Source: Candidatus Firestoneibacteriota bacterium (GTDB lineage: Bacteria; Oederibacteriota; D2-FULL-39-29; JBBTED01). From it: 11,273 nt of DNA. Shown here in pieces: positions 6,650-11,273 of this stretch. The notes under the pieces are model-generated. The model ran no database searches and was not told where the DNA came from. It worked only from the letters and a program-made list of their open reading frames with translations. The position numbers and the translations under genes were made by a program. The stretch spans positions 1 through 11,273 of the forward strand of contig JBBTED010000160.1 in assembly GCA_038042445.1 (NCBI GenBank), in the 5' to 3' direction. The first letter of the stretch is position 1, and each line of letters opens with the position of its first letter.

Positions 6650-6692
6650 ACTATGGAATTACTTCCATACACTATGGAATGATTTCCATAGT
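6650..6692. repeat. Tandem pair of 21-bp palindromes (possible enhancer sites or REP doublet)
   Basis: ACTATGGAA-ttac-TTCCATAC followed directly by ACTATGGAA-tgat-TTCCATAGT. Confidence 0.75.
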
Positions 6693-6707
6693 AGCTCATT
6701 TATTTTG

Positions 6708-6772
6708 GTAACACAGGGTCTTAAAACCCTGTAGATTCTTTATTTATGAATGGTCTAAAGACCATTCACTAC
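6708..6772. repeat. Inverted doublet of GTAR-type REP-like hairpins (REPIN-like)
   Basis: Plus strand GTAA-C-ACAGGGT-cttaaa-ACCCTGT (6708-6732) faces minus strand GTAG-TGAATGGTC-ttta-GACCATTCA (6772-6747). Confidence 0.65.
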
Positions 6773-6821
6773 CTTATCTTTTTCTACAAAGGGAAAGGGA
6801 GAAATACCTGCAATAATAAAT

Positions 6822-6844
6822 ATGCCGATAAATCGACGACTACA
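6822..6844 (-). repeat. GTAG-type REP-like element (GATAAATC core)
   Basis: ATGCCGATAAATCGACGACTACA; 21/23 identical to 8176-8198. Confidence 0.8.
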
Positions 6845-6847
6845 AAT

Positions 6848-6875
6848 CCCCCTTCATCCCCCTTTATCAAGGGGG
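6848..6875. repeat. C-run/G-run dispersed repeat, copy 1
   Basis: CCCCCTTCATCCCCCTTTATCAAGGGGG; 26/28 identical to 8507-8534. Confidence 0.85.
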
Positions 6876-6939
6876 CAAATAAATACAGAAATAATAGCTG
6901 ATGGTTTTTTTTGAAAAAAGTTTTTAAAGAAGGACTTCT

Positions 6940-6988
6940 TATTGTGTATTGTGTATTGTGTATTGTGTATTGTGTATTGTGTATTGTG
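6940..6988. repeat. Heptanucleotide microsatellite (TATTGTG)7
   Basis: Seven exact tandem copies, 49 bp. Confidence 0.97.
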
Positions 6989-7026
6989 ACGGGTTTGGTT
7001 TGGAAATATTTATCATAACTAAATAT

Positions 7027-7055
7027 ATTATACTACAAAATATCTGTTTTGTCAA
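7027..7055 (-). promoter_or_regulatory. Consensus sigma70 promoter
   Basis: TTGACA (7055-7050), 17 nt, TATAAT (7032-7027); perfect match; points into the microsatellite and hairpin region. Confidence 0.85.
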
Positions 7056-7072
7056 ATTTCTCAGATGATGAT

Positions 7073-8041
7073 TTAGAATTTAAGAGTAAGCGAAATACGG
7101 TGAGTATTACCCAAATCTTCATAAGGTTCAAAGGCATAGTCAAGGCCATAACTATCTAAAATCGCAAAACCTGCACCTGCTGTCAAACCTGTAAGAGAAC
7201 TACTATATTGCATACCTCCAGTTTTATACCAATAACCTGCTCGCACTGCAAAAATATTTTCAATCCAATTTTCAATTCCTATGCTAACTTTAACATCGTC
7301 ATCTCTTGGTATGCTAACATCTGTGGCGATAGTCAAGCCCTCAGTTGGAAGCACTGCAAATCCAACCCTTGTAGTCATAGGCAAAGGAGATGTGCCATTT
7401 CCAAATTTCATATTCTGACCTAAATTTTGCACATTAAGACCTAAAAATCCATTTTTAAAAAGAACCCATAAAAACCCTATGTCTGCAGCAACTGCTCTAC
7501 CTGTAGTATTTTCTATCACTTGCTGAATATACTTAAGTGTAAATCCCATAAAAATTTCAGGGTCTAATGCAACTCTACTCCCCCAACTCAAATTTGCATT
7601 AAAATCATAAGCGTTGAAACTACTTGTCAGATTACCATTGGAATCATACCCCTGAAAATCTCCCATTGTAAGCAAAGTTCCACTTATACCAAGTGTTCCA
7701 CTACCTTTAAATGGAAATACCATAGTTATGTAATCATATTTCATATCAGTTAACCATAACAAATGCATTGCAGAAAATTCTGTTCGTGAAACTTTAGCTA
7801 AACCTGCTGGGTTCCAATATGCTGCATTAGAATCATTTGCAACTGCAGTAAAAGATTCTCCTAAACCTGCTGGTCTTGCTCCTGGACCAATTTTCAAAAA
7901 CGATGCACCACTTGTACCTGCATTTGGACTAGTTGCAAATACACAACATGGCAAAAATAATACCACTACAAGCAAAGCTCGGGGTACCCACAGCAAGCTG
8001 TGGGTCGTGCGACTACAATTATTATAATTATTTTTAAACAT
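7073..8041 (-). CDS. PorV/PorQ family outer-membrane beta-barrel protein
   Basis: GASFLKIGPGARPAGLGESFTAVANDSNAAYWNPAGL; C-terminal GLDYAFEPYEDLGNTHRISLTLKF ending in Phe; signal-like VVVLFLPCCVFA. Confidence 0.88.
   Translation of the reverse strand: MFKNNYNNCSRTTHSLLWVPRALLVVVLFLPCCVFATSPNAGTSGASFLKIGPGARPAGLGESFTAVANDSNAAYWNPAGLAKVSRTEFSAMHLLWLTDMKYDYITMVFPFKGSGTLGISGTLLTMGDFQGYDSNGNLTSSFNAYDFNANLSWGSRVALDPEIFMGFTLKYIQQVIENTTGRAVAADIGFLWVLFKNGFLGLNVQNLGQNMKFGNGTSPLPMTTRVGFAVLPTEGLTIATDVSIPRDDDVKVSIGIENWIENIFAVRAGYWYKTGGMQYSSSLTGLTAGAGFAILDSYGLDYAFEPYEDLGNTHRISLTLKF
7965..8018 (-). repeat. Palindromic element inside the signal-peptide region
   Basis: ACCCACAGC-aa-GCTGTGGGT (7986-8005); GC-rich stretch bracketed by a 7-bp direct repeat ACTACAA (7965-7971, 8012-8018). 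Confidence 0.75.
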
Positions 8042-8049
8042 TGTTTTAC

Positions 8050-8078
8050 ACTTTACAAAATTTAAAGTTTATAGTCAA
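8050..8078 (-). promoter_or_regulatory. Putative sigma70 promoter of the PorV-like gene (leaderless geometry)
   Basis: TTGACT (8078-8073), 17 nt, TAAAGT (8055-8050); ATG follows after 8 nt; no SD. Confidence 0.5.
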
Positions 8079-8125
8079 TTTTAAAATATGTTAATTTTCT
8101 AACTATGGTCTGTGACCAAAGAGAA

Positions 8126-8214
8126 TGGTGAACCCCATATTCTTTCACCAAACTACAAATTGACAGCTACAATTGATGCCGATAAATCGGCAACTACATA
8201 TTTGAAAACGCTAC
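8126..8214 (-). repeat. Cluster of GTAG-type REP-like elements and fragments
   Basis: CTAC at 8153, 8167, 8194 and 8211; hairpins TGGTGAA..TTCACCA (8126-8150) and TGCCGAT-aa-ATCGGCA (8177-8192). Confidence 0.7.
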
Positions 8215-8233
8215 CCTATTACAGAATTAAAAC

Positions 8234-8485
8234 TTATCCTTTTTGTTCTTTTATGGCTTTTTCTATAAATTTAATTGCATCGCCAATATTTTTTACTTGC
8301 AAAGAAGCTTCTTCTTCCATCTCAATATCAAACTCACATTCAAATGATGCAACTAATTCTATGCTTTGTATGGATTCTGCTCCTAAATCTTTCACAAATT
8401 CTGATTCGTTTTTCATCTTGGAAACATCTACCTTCAATATGCTTGAAACTACTTTTTTTACTCTTTCTTCAACTGTTCCTTCCAT
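8234..8485 (-). CDS. Acyl carrier protein (atypical motif)
   Basis: Acidic 83-aa protein; VEERVKKVV...FVKDLGAESIQSIELVASFECEFDIEM aligns to the ACP DLGADSLD region; SD AAAGGAGG at 8500-8493. Confidence 0.9.
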   Translation of the reverse strand: MEGTVEERVKKVVSSILKVDVSKMKNESEFVKDLGAESIQSIELVASFECEFDIEMEEEASLQVKNIGDAIKFIEKAIKEQKG

Positions 8486-8504
8486 TACACTGCCTCCTTT
8501 ATTA

Positions 8505-8534
8505 CCCCCCCTTAATCCCCCCTTATCAAGGGGG
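8505..8534. repeat. C-run/G-run dispersed repeat, copy 2
   Basis: CCCCCCCTTAATCCCCCCTTATCAAGGGGG between the ackA stop and the acp SD. Confidence 0.85.
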
Positions 8535-8538
8535 AAAA

Positions 8539-9735
8539 TTATGAGGATTTTACTAATTCGTAAGTATCAACAGCTATTCTTACTTCTTCATTGGTTGGAA
8601 TAACAAAAACATCAACTTTTGAATTTATAGAACTTATTTTTGCTTCTGTTTTTATTGTTTTATCATTTTTTTCTTTATCAAGCTCTATTCCTACACCAGT
8701 TAAATTTTCACATATTTTCCATCTCAGTGTTATTGCATTCTCACCAATTCCACCTGTAAACACTAATGCATCTACTCTTCCTAAAACAGCAGTATAAGCC
8801 CCAATATATTTTTTAACCCTGTAGCAAAATATATCAATTGCAAGCTTTGCTCTTTCATTACCCTTATTTGCAAGCTCTAATATGTCTCTAACATCATTAC
8901 TTGCTCCGGAAACTCCAATAAGCCCGCTTTTTTTATTTAAAAGCGTATTTATATCGTCAATTTTATATCCTTTGCCCTCTAAATAAAAAATTATAGCAGG
9001 ATCTATATCTCCGCTTCTTGTTCCCATAACAAGCCCTTCCAAAGGAGTAAGCCCCATACTTGTGTCAACTGACTTACCTTTTTCCACAGCTGTAATACTA
9101 CAACCATTACCCAAATGAGCTGTTATTATATTTGCTTTATCTTTGTCTTTATTCATAAGCACACATGCTCGTCTTGCAACATATCTATGTGATGTTCCGT
9201 GGAAACCATATCTTCGCACTTTATATTTTTCATATATTTCATACGGCAGCGCATACAAATATGCAACCTTAGGTATAGTCTGATGAAAAGCTGTATCAAA
9301 TGCTGCAACTTGTGGAATACTTCCGAATATACTTGCCGATGCCTTAATCCCTGTAAGATTTGGGGGATTATGAAGTGGTGCAAGGTCAAAATAACTTTCG
9401 ATAATTTTTACAACTTCATCAGTTATAATAGCTGACCTTGGAAAACTTTCACCACCATGCACAACTCTATGCCCAATACCTGAAATTTCATTTATATTTT
9501 TTATTACCCCAGATTCATTATTAAGAAGAGTATCTACTATTAACTTCATACCTTCTTCATGATTTTTAACAGCTTTTTTGATTGAAATCTTTTTTTCGCC
9601 AACTTGATGTGTAAGAACTGAATCAGCAGTTGCAATTTTTTCAAGAAGACCTTTTGCCAAAACAGTTTTTTCTGGCATTTCATACAACTGATATTTTATT
9701 GAAGAACTTCCGCAATTTATAACTAAAATTTTCAT
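8539..9735 (-). CDS. ackA: Acetate kinase
   Basis: INCGSSSIK, GHRVVHGG, APLHNP, YGFHGTSH, HLGNG, TSMGLTPLEGLVMGTRSGDIDP, FTGGIGEN and PTNEE motifs. Confidence 0.98.
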   Translation of the reverse strand: MKILVINCGSSSIKYQLYEMPEKTVLAKGLLEKIATADSVLTHQVGEKKISIKKAVKNHEEGMKLIVDTLLNNESGVIKNINEISGIGHRVVHGGESFPRSAIITDEVVKIIESYFDLAPLHNPPNLTGIKASASIFGSIPQVAAFDTAFHQTIPKVAYLYALPYEIYEKYKVRRYGFHGTSHRYVARRACVLMNKDKDKANIITAHLGNGCSITAVEKGKSVDTSMGLTPLEGLVMGTRSGDIDPAIIFYLEGKGYKIDDINTLLNKKSGLIGVSGASNDVRDILELANKGNERAKLAIDIFCYRVKKYIGAYTAVLGRVDALVFTGGIGENAITLRWKICENLTGVGIELDKEKNDKTIKTEAKISSINSKVDVFVIPTNEEVRIAVDTYELVKSS

Positions 9736-9754
9736 AGAATACCTTTATTTTACG

Positions 9755-9781
9755 AGATGCTGAAATAAATTCAGCATGACA
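9755..9781 (-). repeat. TGTC-AT hairpin family, copy 3
   Basis: Minus strand TGTC-ATGCTGAA-tttat-TTCAGCAT-CT, between pta and ackA. Confidence 0.8.
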
Positions 9782-9788
9782 AAACTGT

Positions 9789-10769
9789 TTACTTTATTGA
9801 TGTTATTGCTGTAACTGCAATAATATCATCTACACTCGCACCTCTTGAAAGATCACTTACCGGCTTTGCAAAACCTTGAAGTATAGGACCATAAGCAGAT
9901 GCATTTGCTAAATATTGTGTTAATTTATACGCAATATTTCCTGCATTCAAATCAGGAAATACCAATACATTTGCTTTACCTGCAACACTACTATCTTTTA
10001 CTTTTTTAAGAGCTACTTTTGGCACCAAAGCTGCATCAGCTTGCAATTCTCCATCTATATTCAAATCTGGTGCTTTACTTTTGGCTAATTTAGTAGCCTC
10101 AATAACTTTATCCACTAATTCATGGCTTGCACTTCCTTTAGTTGAAAATGAAAGAATAGCTACATTCGGCTCTATCCCAAGCAAAGATTTAGCACTTCTG
10201 GCAGATGTTACTGCAATATCAGCTAACTGTTTTGCATTTGGATTTATATTAACAGCACAATCTGCAAAAATTAGAACCTTATCTTTTTCACCAAGACAAT
10301 TTGGTATAACCATTATGAAAAAACTGGATGCTGTTGTTATACCTTCCATATATCCTATTGCAAGACCTGCAGCCTGAATTAAAGATGCTGTTGCATGGCT
10401 TACACCACCAACAAGGCCATACGCATCACTTTCTTTTACCATCATACATCCAAAAGCAAGACTCTTTTTCACTAATTTCATAGCTATATCCTTTGATATA
10501 CCTTCTCTTGACTTACTATAAGATATAGCATATTTTTCCAAATTAGATGAATTAACAGGATTCTCTATCTTAATCTTATCAATATTAAGATTTAATCTTA
10601 ATGCCATAGATTTAACTTCATCTGGATTACCTAAAACTATTGGTTTTGCAATACCTTCTTCACTAAGCCTAAATGCAGCAGATAAAATCCTTTCATCATT
10701 ACCTTCTGGAAAAACTATAACTTTAGGAGACTGCTTTGCTTTTTCTATAAAATGCTCAAGCAAACTCAT
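9789..10769 (-). CDS. pta: Phosphate acetyltransferase (short, catalytic-domain-only class)
   Basis: IVFPEG, FADCAVN, LSFSTKGSA, DGELQADAAL, VFPDLNAGNIAYKL and GPILQGFAKPVSDLSRG; adjacent to ackA; SD AGAGGTGA. Confidence 0.97.
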   Translation of the reverse strand: MSLLEHFIEKAKQSPKVIVFPEGNDERILSAAFRLSEEGIAKPIVLGNPDEVKSMALRLNLNIDKIKIENPVNSSNLEKYAISYSKSREGISKDIAMKLVKKSLAFGCMMVKESDAYGLVGGVSHATASLIQAAGLAIGYMEGITTASSFFIMVIPNCLGEKDKVLIFADCAVNINPNAKQLADIAVTSARSAKSLLGIEPNVAILSFSTKGSASHELVDKVIEATKLAKSKAPDLNIDGELQADAALVPKVALKKVKDSSVAGKANVLVFPDLNAGNIAYKLTQYLANASAYGPILQGFAKPVSDLSRGASVDDIIAVTAITSIK

Positions 10770-10810
10770 TTTTCACCTCTACTAATTATTTAATTATGGT
10801 CCGTCTTTTT

Positions 10811-11273
10811 TCACCGGACCATAAAACTTTTTTTAATTAATTCATCTCTTTTTATCTTTGCAATTTCATAAGCTTTTTTCAAAATTAATATATCATCTTC
10901 TGTTAAAGTTTTTTTCCTTCTCTCAAGAACCCTTTTTGCAGATTCAATCATCTGATTAAATCCATATCCCTTTGTTGGCCTGCCATTTAAATACCAGCAA
11001 AATGATGGGATAAATTTCGGCAACATATCTCCACCACCTACTACATTACTCATTGTACCTACTACTGTGCCTGTGTTAATAAGCGTGCCTATAGCGGTTT
11101 TGGTATGATCACCTACCATACATCCTAATTTTGTCATACCAGAATCCATTAATGTATCATTTACATACATTTGCACATTGCTATAGTCATTTTTTACATC
11201 ACTATTTTGTGTAGATGCGCCAAGATTAACCCATTCGCCCAAATATGCATGACCTAAAAATCCTTCATGATAT
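10811..11273 (-). CDS. GlmU-like / putative sugar nucleotidyltransferase with hexapeptide-repeat acyltransferase domain, C-terminal part (starts beyond the window)
   Basis: Frame stays open to the window edge: YHEGFLGHAYLGEWVNLGASTQNSDVKNDY...KLGCMVGDHTKTAIGTLINTGTVVG...PKFIPSF. Confidence 0.85.
   Translation of the reverse strand, partial: YHEGFLGHAYLGEWVNLGASTQNSDVKNDYSNVQMYVNDTLMDSGMTKLGCMVGDHTKTAIGTLINTGTVVGTMSNVVGGGDMLPKFIPSFCWYLNGRPTKGYGFNQMIESAKRVLERRKKTLTEDDILILKKAYEIAKIKRDELIKKSFMVR

Noticed and set aside
6595..6885. CRISPR array or known riboswitch
   Set aside because: Hairpins differ in sequence and spacing, there is no constant repeat-spacer period and no cas gene; I recognise no riboswitch consensus (Rfam scan not run).
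41..10377. Plus-strand ORFs in the track (41-238, 687-869, 1137-1535, 1973-2284, 2139-2402, 6282-6620, 7208-7423, 8112-8603, 8275-8544, 8591-8797, 9199-9435, 10081-10377) and minus-strand 9153-9389
   Set aside because: Antisense or alternate-frame shadows of well-supported genes, with no recognisable motifs.

Overview
Low-GC bacterial chromosome segment with every real gene on the minus strand. In transcription order (right to left): a GlmU-like hexapeptide transferase (partial), pta, ackA, an atypical acyl carrier protein, a PorV/PorQ-like outer-membrane barrel, a ~570-bp intergenic region, a three-gene surface-structure island, and the N-terminus of a class II tRNA nucleotidyltransferase that the ORF track missed (probably CC-adding type). 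The intergenic region holds a perfect sigma70 promoter, a (TATTGTG)7 microsatellite, about eight REP-like hairpins and a consensus sigma54 promoter. The island encodes (i) an orphan phage-tail-fibre-like protein without a signal peptide (LamG, beta-helix, CBM-like, tail collar), (ii) a secreted 7-bladed beta-propeller with a T9SS type-B-like C-terminal domain and (iii) a second PorV/PorQ-like barrel. Main points of interest: the sigma54-linked fibre/propeller/barrel module, whose central ~3 kb has different codon usage and looks like a swapped cassette; and several families of short palindromes in almost every intergenic gap and translated inside both barrel genes, one apparently rescued by a compensatory frameshift. 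All domain calls are motif recognition by eye; no database search was run. A non-Bacteroidota diderm (e.g. Elusimicrobiota-like or candidate phylum) is a guess only.
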